From Octopus bimaculoides (taxonomy: Eukaryota), in contig NC_068992.1 in NCBI RefSeq assembly GCF_001194135.2, forward strand, positions 47,394,268 to 47,455,611: 61,344 bases of DNA, written 5' to 3'. Below the pieces are notes generated by a model that did no database searches, had not been told where the DNA came from, and was given only the letters and a program-made list of their open reading frames with translations. Position 1 is the first letter of the stretch, and the number at the start of each line of letters is the position of its first letter. Positions 28,296-41,117 of the stretch are shown here, piece by piece. The position numbers were made by a program, and so were the translations under genes.

Positions 28296-30034
28296 CCTTT
28301 CTACTATAGACACAAGGCTAGCAATATGAGGGAAGGGGTACTTAAGTTATTTCTCTTTTTTTAGTAAGTACAAACTTCCATCTTATTGCATCGTCTGTCA
28401 GAATAGTTGTTTGGACAAGCCCTTGTTTTTTACTGGTATATATTTAATAATTTCATGATATTTTTGTCAACCGCGATGTTATTACTCCCGAACGTCTCTA
28501 TTTTTCTATAATTATTTCCCGCCTTTATTAAACTGATATTTATCGGCTGCCATTAGAAAAACAATCGTATTTTAGTTTACGTTCTTCCATCTTTATTAGC
28601 TTTTTATTTTTATGTTTCCAAAGTGAAGCCTTGCTATTATTATGGTGCAGATGTATTAATAATGCATTAGTGCTAAGATAATGGGGTTTGACAGGTATAT
28701 AAATATTTATGATAGGTAATTACTACAACCCTTGACGGCCGACTAAAATATGAGTGTATAGCTATATGTGCATATATGTGCATTTGTGTGTGTATGAGAG
28801 GGAGAAGAGAAGACACAGATATAGAACCGCTGTGCGTCTATGTTAATGTGTGTTTCAGTGTGCATGTGCGTGTGTATGTGTATGTGCGTGTGTGCGTGCG
28901 TGCGTGCGTGCGTGCTAAATCACCTCACTGCCTTCGCTGAGTTTCTCCTGTTCAGTGATCTATTGAGGACGTATTAAATACTCTGCTGTTTTACAAGACA
29001 TATAAAACAATTGCTACTACGTACACATATAATACAATTATACTCACAAACACACACATACACACGCACACCCAAGCTTACCCTTGCAATCACACATTGA
29101 CACTCGACACACATACACACGCAATCACGCGCACACATACTCTCACACATTCATATGTATACACATATGCACACACTTTCTCACACACTCACATATTCAT
29201 ACATTCACAGACACACAGCATATATATATATATATATATAAACCCGCAAGCACACACATACACAAGCTCAACATGGTCCTCGAACGTTTGTCGACGATAA
29301 CTATTCTGTCCCAGTTGTTCAACCAGCTATCGTTGGATTAGTATAAGTGTGGCTGAGTGTTCTACAGACATTTCTACCTTTATTTAAGGTAGAAATGTCT
29401 TCTAGATTGATTCGCCAAGTACGATGGCTTCGCTCTTGGCTTGTAGGTAACTTGAATCATTGAAACTTTGGTTGCTACTCCCATCTCTATATCACTCTGA
29501 ATATATCTGAGTCTAGTCCACATGACTACTAAATATTTTATAAGAAATATAATGGGGAGTTGCTTAGCCACCTCCAGGTCAGAACTGATTGGTCAGACTT
29601 GTAATTTCAGGCGCTCCACTCACGACCGTCCTGGTGATCGCGTTATTCAATGCATCTTTCCTTTTCCCAGAAAAGACCGAGTGATTTGAGGACTTGGCTG
29701 CTGTTGCTAGCAAATCGATTGATCGCATTGAGGCTGCCTCATCATTAGCAAAAACGACTAATTAATATTTACAACTACGGTGAGATGTGAGTCCCAACGG
29801 TTTGATGAAAACCATTCTTCGGAGTGAAGACAAGATTCCTTTCGTCTGATCATTTAAGAACGAATGTTCGATAGCAATCAAAGAAAATATAAATTTATAG
29901 AACTACCAGTATATAACACGATTTATTTGTAACATTGTTGCTTTTGCTTAGCGCAACCCAATCCTGATCGAGGCCCCCTCACCTCCATAAAAATAACCTT
30001 CCATTTATAACCTTCCATTATAAGCTTGTTTATA

Positions 30035-30179
30035 GGCGAAGGAGTGGCTGTGTGGTAAGTAGCTTGCTTACCAACCACATGGTTCTGGGTTCAGTCCCAC
30101 TGCGTGGCACCTTGGGCAAGTGTCTTCTACTATAGCCTCGGGCCGACCAAAGCCTTGTAAGTGGATTTGGTAGACGTCG

Positions 30180-30230
<51 letters not shown>

Positions 30231-30447
30231 ATATGTTTGTGTGTATGTGTTTGTCCCCCCAACATCGCTTGACAACCGATGCTGGTGTGTTTACGTCCCT
30301 GTAACATAGCGGTTCGGCAAAAGAGACCGATAGAATAAATACTAGGCTTACAAAGAATAAGTCCTGGTGTCGATTTACTCGACTAAAAGGCAGTGCTCCA
30401 GCATGGCCGTAGTCAAATGACTGAAACAAATAAAAGAGTAAAAAGAG
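30035..30447 (+). mobile_element. Full-length tRNA-headed SINE, family B, with central (TA)n(TG)n
   Basis: Head ggcgaaggagtggctgtgtggtaagtagcttgc, B-box-like gggttcagtccc, central microsatellite, 3' half gcggttcggcaaaagagaccgatagaataa...ccagcatggcc, tail (aaaagag)n. Confidence 0.88.
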
Positions 30448-30560
30448 AAAGAGAGAGAGTAACCTTTTTTTTATTTTTCGAAGCTGTTACTGAGGAAACG
30501 GATCTGTAAGTCGCACCTTATCGTTTGGCAGACTAATCAGCATGTGATATGACTGCTACA

Positions 30561-30717
30561 TCAGGGCTAGCCTGGGGCTAAACGACAACAACAACTATTA
30601 ATACTACTACACGCCGTACTGCTGCAGAAGGGCTGACCTGGTTTTACAGAGGAAGAACTATAAACACATTCGGACTAGTCGATTAGAGCTTGCCTGGGGC
30701 TTAACCAGAACGACAAC
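30561..30717 (+). repeat. Cluster of short repeat ends with motif (A)GGGCTGACCTGGGGCTAAAC(AAC)n
   Basis: Variants at 30561-30595, 30628-30641 and 30684-30717; a reverse-oriented variant lies near 29562-29583. Probably tails of a further SINE-like family. Confidence 0.4.
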
Positions 30718-31464
30718 AGTGATGCCTACTATAATTTCTGGCGATCAAACAATTTTATGCTGAGCAGACGACAATAAAGAACATGTAGGCTGGATCTAAA
30801 CGTAAGCATAAATAAAGAACAACATAAGTTAAAAAGGTCAGCAGATTTACTAGAAATAGTGGGCAAATTTCCCTCAAGGCACAAAGAAAAGGATGAACGA
30901 CTCATTGGGTGATATTGTCCTACATAATTTATACAAAAATAAGAAGCGATAGCCATAGCTGGGTAGGCTTGATTATAGGTCTGCTTCAACACAGTTGATC
31001 TAGGGAAATAACAACAATGACCTTAAAAGGAAATTACACAATACTACTTTATCTTTTCGTGATAGACATTACAATTTTCTTTGCTTGCCAACCATTTTGT
31101 ATCCCCTTCATCTCTATCTCAAATCTCTCTCTTTCTCGCTTTCTTCTTTATATATACACACGCTCACATACACGCACTGCGTGTATGTGTTTCTTTCTAT
31201 CTGTCTTTCTTCCTTGTATAATACGCATACAAGCTCACACACACGCACAAACATACATGTATGTATGTATATATGCATTTATAAACATCTATGTGTGTGT
31301 GTGTGTTTCTGTGTGTCTCTTTGTGTGCGTGAGTGTGTATGTGAGTGAATGTGTGAGTGTGTGTGGGGGGGGCGGTGTATGAATATGTATATATATTTAC
31401 ATCTTCACTTCACACTTTCTCACTTCTACGCGCACAAGCACACACGCTCGCTCATGCGCGCTCG

Positions 31465-31501
<37 letters not shown>

Positions 31502-31768
31502 GCACATGCGCACATAAACAACACTCTTTTTCTTTGTCTCATTTTTCCCTTCTTTGTTCTCCTCCTTTCATGTTAAACATCACATACCAATCTACCAACC
31601 AATAATGATAATTCCAAATCCATTTCTAGTGTTTATCTTAGAAATGGTATTCATATGTGTGCGATTGTGTGTCCCCGAGAGTGCGCGTGTGCATTTGCGT
31701 GTGAATATATGCATACGAATGATTATGCATGTATGTATTTATGTACTTAAGTATGCATGTGTGTATGC

Positions 31769-31833
<65 letters not shown>

Positions 31834-33013
31834 CGCATACATTTTTCAGTTCGGAGATATGCAAATATTTTCAGCATATTTCTGCGAGATGCGTCATGTA
31901 ACTCATCAAAATCATAGCTTTAGGAAATGATCATATGTGATATATTATGCTATATATAACAACCAATTTACCTTTTACCGCCATAAATATGTAAGAAGCA
32001 GCCGAGATTTGACGCTGATGCTCTCCGTGTCATCTTTCAGAATGTTTCTTACGTTACAACACTTCACACGATTTACTTTGTTCTTTATAATCAACCGGTG
32101 TCAACTCACCGTACGTATTGCATGCAGAATTTTATGCAAAATATAATGCTTTATGTATGTGCGTGATACATTCACACGTATACACATCTACGTATATATA
32201 CGCCCCCCCCCACACACACACACAGCCGCACACACATACACATACAAACCCATTCATATTATTCGTTTGTATACGTATATACATACATAAGCAGACATAT
32301 ACATGCGTAGATAAATGCATGCAAGCATATATACACACATGCTGCTCGCATCAATTCTACTTTTCTTTGAAGGCAGTATTATACCGACTGTATTATCTGC
32401 TCATGCAACGGAACAGTTCATCTTTACCGTTCCGTTTTATTACTCCAAAAGATGTAGAAATACAATAAAATAAACGAGCAAATAAATAAATAGATGAATA
32501 CATAACTAAATGAATCAAAGTACAAAATTATCGTCATTCATTTCCTTGAAAAATGGCGATAAATTTCATCATTTTCGAACGAAGAAGTTTCAAGAAAGAA
32601 AACAGCATGCATAAACTTGAGTTTCGTCGTTATGTCGCATAAAAGCGGAATTGCAAATATTCGAAGATTCTCTGTTGAAAAGCGAATATATCAATGTTTA
32701 TAATAAGTATGATGTATACTGAAACGAGGTTTAATATCGACACCTATTTCACTTCTAACTCCTTTTTACACCAATAGTTACATTGGACCGAGATACTGCA
32801 TGTGTAATATCATAGCTACGTAATTTTGTCAATATATTACAGCTTTACGAGAAGTACATTTCATTTCGGAGGAATATTTTCGTTTCTATCTGATATTTGT
32901 TTGTGATGTGGTGTTGCCTTATCATTTGATGTAACCACATATGAAATTTGGTGATAGATATAAAAATATATGGGATGTAACCATACAAGAATTATATACA
33001 CACTCATAGATAA

Positions 33014-33070
<57 letters not shown>

Positions 33071-34183
33071 TAGAAATGCATATATGGAAATACCGTCACT
33101 ACTTTGGAGATTTGTGGGCTTTGACCTGATTTATATACATACGTATGCATTCACACAAACACACACGCACACACATAAACATATATAATTCTATAACTCC
33201 GAGGTGTAAAGCCTATATGAATATTAAGATATATAAAAAGCTTCGAGGGATATAAACATATAAAGTAAAAATGGATATAAAGATTCATGGGATATAAGTA
33301 TATATGAGTGCATATTTATATATATATCATGTGTGCATGTAATGTATATATATATGTACGAATACATGTATATATGTGTCTGTGTGTTTGTATGTCTGTA
33401 TCCATACATACAAATATACATTGTATACATATATGCATAAAGATTTGTGGGATATAACCATGCATGAATGTACAAGAAGATACAAGGTTCCATGTGAGTA
33501 TAAATGTATAAAAATGGTAGATTACAAGTATATACGATATATAAAACAGGTATGAAAATCGTCAATGATTTGGTGAATGAAAATCCGTTTGTGTAGCAAA
33601 TTTAGTTGGCTGAGAGGTTTGTGAGCCCTCACTTACAGTGGTTGTATGTAGAACGATTTTTACTTTTTATGTTTAACTGTGCGATGTCTATAGGCTGTTA
33701 GAGCTGCAGGAAATTCATGCGGGTAATTTCAGGGAACACGTTACTAACAAATCCCAAATACAAATTTTGCTGATTTGGCTCTGATAATAAATCTAATATT
33801 CATTTTTATTTGTAGTAAAGAAGCTTTACAAGAACGAATTAGCAAACTGTGAGGGTTTTAGAATTGGTTATAAAAGAAACAGGCATGAAATTCATCAGTA
33901 TAGAAGGGTAGAAAATAAAGTCGAATGGTTAACAGGAGTCAAATAACGTACCTCGCAGAACTCGCATTATTCTTACTGGTAAGGATAACTACCCTCTCAT
34001 AAGTATTCTCCATCCCTCTCGTGTATGTCCACTTTACTCTGGCTTTACTCACCACTCTCACGGTCAACTCTCACGGTCAACTTAATACTGAGCTACATTT
34101 TCCTCTTCGCCCTGATTCTGCTTTCCAAATAGGTGATCAGGACATAAGTCCGAGTGATAAGTGACTCTTTTCACACTAATTGG

Positions 34184-34420
34184 GGAGGCGCATAGCACAG
34201 TCGTTAGAGTATTGGATTCATGATCGTAAGATTGTGGTTTCCATTCCTGGTCAGGCCGATGGGTTGTTTTCTTCAGCAAATCACTTTATTTCACGTTGCT
34301 CCACGCCACTCCACTCAACTGGCAAACTGAGTATTCCTGCGACGGACCCTGGTCCTGTCCAGTAGGACGGGATAAAATCCAGAAAACAGGCCCTTTGAGT
34401 TTATATGACTCGAAAGGGAG
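34184..34420 (+). mobile_element. tRNA-headed SINE, family C (diverged); a shorter minus-strand head lies at about 1190-1270
   Basis: A-box-like tagcacagtcgttagag, B-box-like ggtttccattcc, then cactttatttcacgttgctcc. Confidence 0.6.
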
Positions 34421-34509
34421 CTTTTTTCTCTTTCTCACACTTATCCTCCTTAAAATATTTTCAGCTATAACCACCGAATTACACCTACAGTAAACCTGCC
34501 ATAATGATA

Positions 34510-35010
34510 ATAATTTCTTTTATTAACCACAGGGCCATAGATGGGGGGAACATCTTACGAACAAGCAACAATTTGTGTGCGGACTTACATAAAGAATGAG
34601 GAGAGAGAAATGGAAATAACAGTGGAATTCGATAAAACTATACATAGTATACAATATATGCGATAGCATGAATCATGCAGTATTACTCTATCATACAGAA
34701 TGACTCTAACTAGGGCTAATCTAGCAACTTCACAAACCCTGGACTGCCCTGAATACCAAAGGAACGAGCCCTTTCTCTTTCTCTCCAATCTACAGGCGCA
34801 TACTTAAAGTAGCACCACTCACTCTAACCATTTCTGTACATTCACCCATCTTTTCACAAATTCACTGGAAGGTAGCGTTCCCTCTCCACCCTAGCTTTTC
34901 TTTCCAAGTGGAACTTGAAGAAGTCGATGAGGGCTTGACCCAAGAGGAACGTGTCTTTCTTCAATCCTTTCAGCGTCATCCGTCACACAACCACATTCGG
35001 CCACGATCCT
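34510..35010 (-). mobile_element. 3' fragment of an L1/Tx1-like LINE (ORF2 C-terminus + 3' UTR)
   Basis: Minus strand gives TLKGLKKDTFLLGQALIDFFKFHLERKARVERE...EFVKRWVNV, followed by a 3' UTR ending ccctgtggttaataaaagaaattattatc. Homologous to 39611-40228. Clade assignment is from memory of the C-terminal pattern. Confidence 0.65.
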
Positions 35011-35224
35011 TTAAATAGACAGAGAAGCACACATGCAAACACACACACGCATACACACACACACACACACATATATACATCCATACATACATTTATTACT
35101 TACATATACAGGTATGGTTTGATAATTGCCAACACACGAAACTCTCATCCCTCCCACCACTCCATTGTTTCTGCTACATATATATATTCTGTTACGCGTT
35201 TCAGTGATTTGACTACAACCATAC

Positions 35225-35339
35225 TGGAGCAAACCTATTTATTCTATCGGTCTCTTTGGTCGAAGTGTTAGGTTACGGGGACGTAAGCATACCACCGGCT
35301 GTCAAGTAGTGATAGGGGGACAAACACACACACAGATAC

Positions 35340-35409
<70 letters not shown>

Positions 35410-36280
35410 AGGGTGCGGTGAATATATTGTCGTCTAAATTACGCAAAAATGAAAATAACACTGACATCTCATTTTAACAGATATATTTACCAAAATTACA
35501 TAAAAATATCTTGAAATACTAAAGAGTAAATTTATTCAATAAAATCGCAGTTAGCTTCAAGCACGCTCACCAGCCGACTTCGGAATCTCCTGGAAATCTT
35601 CTGGACAGTCTCCTTGTGTAAGTTGGCGAATGGAACTATAATCCTTACCTTCAGGTCAACTTTGGTGTTACAAGGAGATTTGTTGGTCTGCCGCTCAACT
35701 GCGTCCCACATATAATAATCAAGGGGTTTGCAGTCTGAGGATTTAGGTGGCCAGATGTTATGGGGAATATGTTCGTAGAAATTGACTGACAGCCATGACT
35801 GGGTTCTCCTGCCTGTGTGGCATAGTGCGGAGTCCTGTTGCCAGATATAGGGTCTTCCAGCAGCCACTTTCCTGACCCAGGGCAGCACTACCTCATCGGA
35901 GGCTCTTGATGTAGACCTCCGTATTGAGTGTGAGGCTGTGTGGGAAGATGAATGGAGGTATAACGTCGCCATCACTAGTGATCAAACACTGATGTGAACT
36001 GAATATTTGATTTTTATCACTCTCGATACATATCCTTAGATTGACACCCAGACATTCTGAAATGTTCGTATTGGAGCTTCCGGCGTGAATGTCAAACCGT
36101 ACAGCATGTCGTTTCCAAATTTGTGGCAGAGTGAATTGCGTCATGGTGTGTTTTTCTTACAGACAGTGCCTAACTGACCCTACTATACTGTGTAGTCCAC
36201 AAAATTAAAAATACAAACTATGCATGCGCGAAGTTAAAATTGTAAGATGGCGACAACTTACCCATCGCACACTACATACG

Positions 36281-36321
<41 letters not shown>

Positions 36322-36480
36322 TCGACAGGCATCTTTCAGTTTCCGTCTACCAAATCCATTCAAAAGGCTTTGGTCGAGGCTATAGTAGGAGACACTTGTC
36401 AAAGTTGCCACGCAGTGACACTGAACCCGGAACCGTGTGGTTATAAAGCAAGCTTCTTACCACACAGCTACGGCTATATA
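35225..36480 (-). mobile_element. SINE family B split by the mariner insertion at 35409-36274
   Basis: 3' half at about 35225-35330 (tattctatcggtctcttt...ggggacaaacac) and 5' half at about 36320-36480 (tttcagtttccgtctaccaaatcc...cttaccacacagc) flank the transposon within the central microsatellite. Confidence 0.8.
35409..36274 (-). mobile_element. Internally deleted Tc1/mariner (maT/DD37D-like) transposon
   Basis: ORFs 35893-36144 and 35532-35975 give N-terminal MTQFTLPQIWKRHAV..., then SDGDVIPPFIFPH.L.LNTEVYIK and VVLPWVRKVAAGRPYIWQQDSALCH...IWPPKSSDCKPLDYYMWDAVERQTNK...FRSRLVSVLEANCDFIE. Degenerate TIRs (cagggtgcggtgaatatattgtcg / cgacaacttacccatcgcacacta). Confidence 0.85.
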
Positions 36481-36518
<38 letters not shown>

Positions 36519-36772
36519 CATATATATATATATATACGTATGTATGAATACATAATTCGTGTCTACGTTGTATTTATTGCTTGCATCTTGTTAGTACAGG
36601 GGGGGTTACAGGGTGAGGGAAGGTGAACGTGCCTTTTTCTATGCTTATCCTCGTTTCTATACATTCAATACAAGTTGTTTTTACGTGTTTTTTTTTTTTT
36701 TTTANNNNNNNNNNNNNNNNNNNNNNNNNNNNNNNNNNNNCAAGCTTCTTACCACACAGCTACGGCTATATA

Positions 36773-36810
<38 letters not shown>

Positions 36811-36996
36811 CATATATATATATATATACGTATGTATGAATACATAATTCGTGTCTACGTTGTATTTATTGCTTGCATCTTGTTAGTACAGGGGGGGTTA
36901 CAGGGTGAGGGAAGGTGAACGTGCCTTTTTCTATGCTTATCCTCGTTTCTATACATTCAATACAAGTTGTTTTTACGTGTTTTTTTTTTTTTTTTA
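36449..36996. other. ~256 bp direct duplication on both sides of a 36-N gap (probable assembly overlap artefact)
   Basis: 36449-36704 is repeated essentially identically at 36741-36996 across N 36705-36740. Confidence 0.8.
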
Positions 36997-37186
36997 ATTT
37001 TTACTTTACCCTTGAAAGAATTATATTGATGTCTTCAGGCATCGGATTATTTTTGGTCGATTTTTCCTTTTTTTTTTCCTCCTGGTTAAAGCTTTACAAA
37101 TAGCTTTTCATTAGAAGAACAGCAATAAATATAGAAAGAAATAAGTACAAGTTTCATTTTATGTTACACTTAAAGAATATTTATAT

Positions 37187-37251
<65 letters not shown>

Positions 37252-37704
37252 CGCTACAACAATAATAATGGTAAATAACCCAGGAATATGTCCTGCCTAA
37301 TCTGATTAAAATTCCAACCTACCCACCCCGACTTTTGTACAATGGCTCAAAGGATTGGTTTCCTTTTCCACTAAATGAATAATATTTGTAAAGCAATGAA
37401 AGCAACTGGTACGTGGTGACGTTCATACTTTATTTTAACGAATTAAATTATATGAAGTAAATAGACATGACGGCAGCAACCGGATATTGTTTGTCCCCCT
37501 TGGTATTTGATACACAATGTCTTGTTTGTTTGGTCTTGTAATGTCGGTGCATAGATAACTTAGGAGACAGAGAGTTTCAAAGCAGGAACTTGTGGTATTT
37601 ATGCCTTAAACAAGAGAATCTGAAATTACATTGCATATATGAAAGTCTTAAGTTAGGAACGAAACTGAGTCACAGGTTTCACCAAATTGCAATGACTAGA
37701 TTAG

Positions 37705-37915
37705 CTTTCAGGTTTTGACACAAGGTCGGCATTATCAAGGAAGAGGTAGGTCAATTAGATCGACCCTAGTGCTCAATTGGTACTTAATTTATCAGCCTCC
37801 AAATTATGAAAGCAAGGTCGACCTCGGTAGAATTTGACCTCAGAAGGTAAAGACGGACGAAATGCCGCTAAACATTTTGTCCAGTATGTTAACCATTCTG
37901 CCAGCTCACCGCCTT
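37705..37915 (-). mobile_element. SINE family A
   Basis: gatcgaccctagtgctcaattggtacttaatttatc...ggtcgacctcggtagaatttgacctcagaa...ttctgccagctcaccgcctt. Confidence 0.8.
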
Positions 37916-38717
37916 GCTAAAACTAGAATAGCCCAAAGCTTATATTATATACATTAGTGCGTTGGTTCTTATAGCACTGAATACATTCACTCAGCCTGAA
38001 AAACAAATAAATATTCCTCAAAACAAACCCCAAACGGACTTTCAATAGAATCTATTGCATAATTCATAATGAATGTAATAATCCTGAAAAAGACAAGATG
38101 GTCATGCCTTCGACCAGAGACCTATTCGATCAGTGCTGACCTTTGGTTAAATGCCTAGATATTAATGACGCAATGATGATGCTTATATGGCATTACAAAA
38201 CCTGCTGGATGTAGTAGCCGAATATCTCTCAAGACACTATCCACCCACCCATCGCCTTAATATAGGGACAGACATATTGGATATAACAGCCTTAGGAGCA
38301 GTCACGTTTGGAATGCATTTAATTATAAGCATACTGGTTTACAGCTGAAATAAAACTATACAGCAGCGAAGATGGAAATTATCATAATGGTTCTTCGTAA
38401 TCAATCAGTGTTTACGTTATTAACCATCTGTTTATTTGGATTAGTAACACAAATATCTGTTGATAGTGTTTACGTTGTATAGCCCCAGGTAATCTCAGAT
38501 TAGGAAGAGCTTCCTTGGAAGTAGTTTTATTTTATTTCTTGTTTCATTTTATTATTTTCTTTTCAAGCCGTAACACATCTTTTGTACATTGTTTAGACAT
38601 ACATCTTTATATTTTTGTTTGACATGTCACCCGGGAGAGTTACCTGTTATTTCTTGCATGCCAAGAGGCCATATAAATTCTCCCACATTGAAACGCATAA
38701 ACAGCAACAATATAGCA

Positions 38718-38754
<37 letters not shown>

Positions 38755-39153
38755 GATATAATCATACCGATATAATCGATATAATTTCCTGAGATTAATA
38801 CGATAGATAAGATCTATTCATTGAATTTGATTGAAATCCATATTTATTCATCCATATATGATAGATTTCATGCCGAACCCAAAATAAGTCAATATTAATC
38901 CTGAAGGTGATAGTTATGCGGTAGGATCTACTGCGCGTTGGCATATTTGTATGCCCATGTATTTATATCCTCATGTATTTATATACAAGTATATATATAT
39001 ATATACCCACTCGCATATAAGCCATATAAGCATGTATATTGATGTATTTATATACCCATAAATCTCTATATGTATATACCCATATATCTATAAATTCTTG
39101 TATCAATATAGGTGTATATATGTATGAATGCATGCACAACACTTAATAGCTAT

Positions 39154-39196
<43 letters not shown>

Positions 39197-39395
39197 TACC
39201 AATTCAGCGATACAAGTATTATGAAATTATATTTAGAGATTATATATACACGTGTTTATGGATTTATAGGTATTGATGTATTTCTGTGTAAGCTTGTGTG
39301 TACATCTGACCATGCTTTTGTCTCTGTGTGAATGTGCAACATCGCATATCTCTAAATACATACGTGCATCACCGCGCAAGAAGAAGAAGAAGAAG

Positions 39396-39578
39396 ATTTT
39401 CTACTAAAAGAACGAGATCTGAAATTTGGGCGGAAGGTTCTAGTTGATTATATCGATCCCAGAGCTCAAATAGTATTTATTTTATCGAACCTAAACGAAA
39501 GAAGGTGAAGATGACCTCGGTGTAATTTGAACTCAGAACATGAAGCGAAAAGAAACGCCGCTGAGCATTTTGTCCGGA

Positions 39579-39580
<2 letters not shown>
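39396..39580 (-). mobile_element. SINE family A (5' truncated) abutting (AAT)n
   Basis: ttctactaaaag...ctgaaatttggg...gatgacctcggtgtaatttgaactcagaac...ccgctgagcattttgtccgg, then (AAT)n. Confidence 0.72.
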
Positions 39581-39610
<30 letters not shown>

Positions 39611-39613
<3 letters not shown>

Positions 39614-40228
39614 TTCATTTATTTGCCACAAGGACGAAGGATGAGGGGACAATACAAAGACAGACATAAAGTGTAAGGGTTTACTTATAATGAAGTGATA
39701 AAAAAAGAAAGAAAGTAGACACTGAAAAAGAAGGGACATATATATATAGTATACAAAGGTTTACAAAAAAGTGGCGGGGAAGACTGGGGCCCTCCTGATA
39801 CAGGAAGGCCTCTAGGGAAAATCGAGGAACCCCACTGTCCGAGATTTCCCTGAACCCCCAGGAGCAAGTGCCCTCTCCATTTCCTTCTCTCCGCCCCGCA
39901 GGTCTACATTGAGAGAGGTACCGTCCGCTCTTGCCATTTTCGCAACTTTCACCTACCTTTCAATAAACTCCCTCGGGGACAGCACTTCCTTCTCCACTCA
40001 CAATTTCTTTTTCAAGTGAAACTTGAAGTCACTGAGAGCTCTACCAAAGAGGAATGTATCTGTCCTCATGCTTTTCAGCCTTGTCCACCAAACAACCTCT
40101 TTCACCACAGCCAACGGGCAAAGGAAAACTGCCTTGCCTTCCCCGACACTAATCCTCTATAAATTTCTGAACGGAACATTCACTGATCACATTGCTCGAC
40201 TAGTAGAGGGCTGTGAGCGCCTACCAAT
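39611..40228 (-). mobile_element. 3' fragment of an L1/Tx1-like LINE with AATAAA and (ATT)n tail
   Basis: Minus strand gives AVFLCPLAVVKEVVWWTRLKSMRTDTFLFGRAL.DFKFHLKR. The 3' end is ccttgtggcaaataaatgaaatt followed by (ATT)n at 39581-39612. Confidence 0.65.
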
Positions 40229-40760
40229 AATTGCCCTGATGCCCTCCCTGGTACTGTGTGTCATGGATTCTGATCTTAACTGATTGGAATTGATATAACG
40301 TACATGTTTTGTTTTGGCATAAAAGATGCGCTACATCAAATATTAAGCTCATTGACCTTAACCAACTGAACATATCACTTACTGGCTGATGATATGTGCA
40401 TCTCTGTTCACAAGCATAAGTAGTGGGGGATCATCATAACCATATGTTGAGAGGAATTCTTAGCGGTTTGAATAATTCACTCTTTGAAACATGATGGTTT
40501 CATTCATTATCTTTAAATAACTTATTCAGGGATCGTTTGAGGGGGATGGGCTACTGAACATGAAGAAAACAATAACTGAGCTCCACCTACAACATCATGC
40601 GCTGTTTATCTTGATATGCGTTGACCATGTCACGTACATATGGTTGTGGTGCATGTGTCTGGTGTACACTTATCAGACGGGTAATCATGAGGGGTATATT
40701 GGGCTTCATGTACTTGTACCCCAGCATCATTTTGATGATATGCGATGCTCTCTCACTCGC
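40229..40760 (+). mobile_element. Non-coding repeat homologous to the 5' part of the 27388 R4/Dong-like element, ending in (AAT)n
   Basis: Shares gatcttaactgattgg, gaccttaacca, gtagtggggg..catcata.cca, gttgagaggaattct and gggatgggctact with 27388-27745. Followed by (TAA)n at 40761-40800. Confidence 0.75.
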
Positions 40761-40800
<40 letters not shown>

Positions 40801-40818
40801 CTTTCTTTTGTTTTGCAG

Positions 40819-40925
40819 TGCTGTGCATCACGCCGGAATTCGACTCGTATGAGGCGAATGTTACCTCAACGAATGGAACAACGGCTGTCTTACCCTGCAC
40901 CATCAACCACCTCAGTTCCCATCAG
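40819..40925 (+). CDS. Coding exon (phase 1 in, phase 0 out): end of signal peptide and first half of an Ig domain, Lachesin/DIP/Dpr/IgLON-like cell-adhesion protein
   Basis: Acceptor ctttcttttgttttgcag (40801-40818), donor cag|gtaag at 40926. Translation (x)VLCITPEFDSYEANVTSTNGTTAVLPCTINHLSSHQ has the PxF...NVT...TAVLPC pattern of Ig strands A-B with the first canonical Cys and two N-glycosylation sequons (NVT, NGT). Joins in frame to the 55678 exon. Missed by the ORF track because it is read in another frame. Confidence 0.88.
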
Positions 40926-41117
40926 GTAAGAAGATATCTACAATTTATTTATAAGGGGAACCAGCTTGAAAAGTGCGAGCTCGATCCTCATTAGGTTCTG
41001 ATGCCAGTACAGGTTTCTGTCGCCATCTATAGTATTTCACTTCCGTAACTTTGTTAATGATAATGCATTTGCTAACTGTTTAATGGCACAACCATTTCGT
41101 TATTTCACAAATATACG

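Noticed and set aside
32042-32110. Candidate first coding exon MFLTLQHFTRFTLFFIINRCQLT after a plausible acceptor
   Set aside because: The good donor (acc|gtacgt) is phase 0; the phase 1 alternatives are weak. Unsupported without transcript data.
33925-33978. Candidate signal-peptide exon MVNRSQITYLAELALFLL with strong donor ctg|gtaagg
   Set aside because: Ends in phase 0 whereas the 40819 exon needs phase 1. The phase 1 frame has an upstream stop and no good acceptor.
36449-36996. Apparent 256 bp tandem duplication
   Set aside because: Essentially identical copies directly flank a short N gap, typical of unmerged contig overlap rather than biology.
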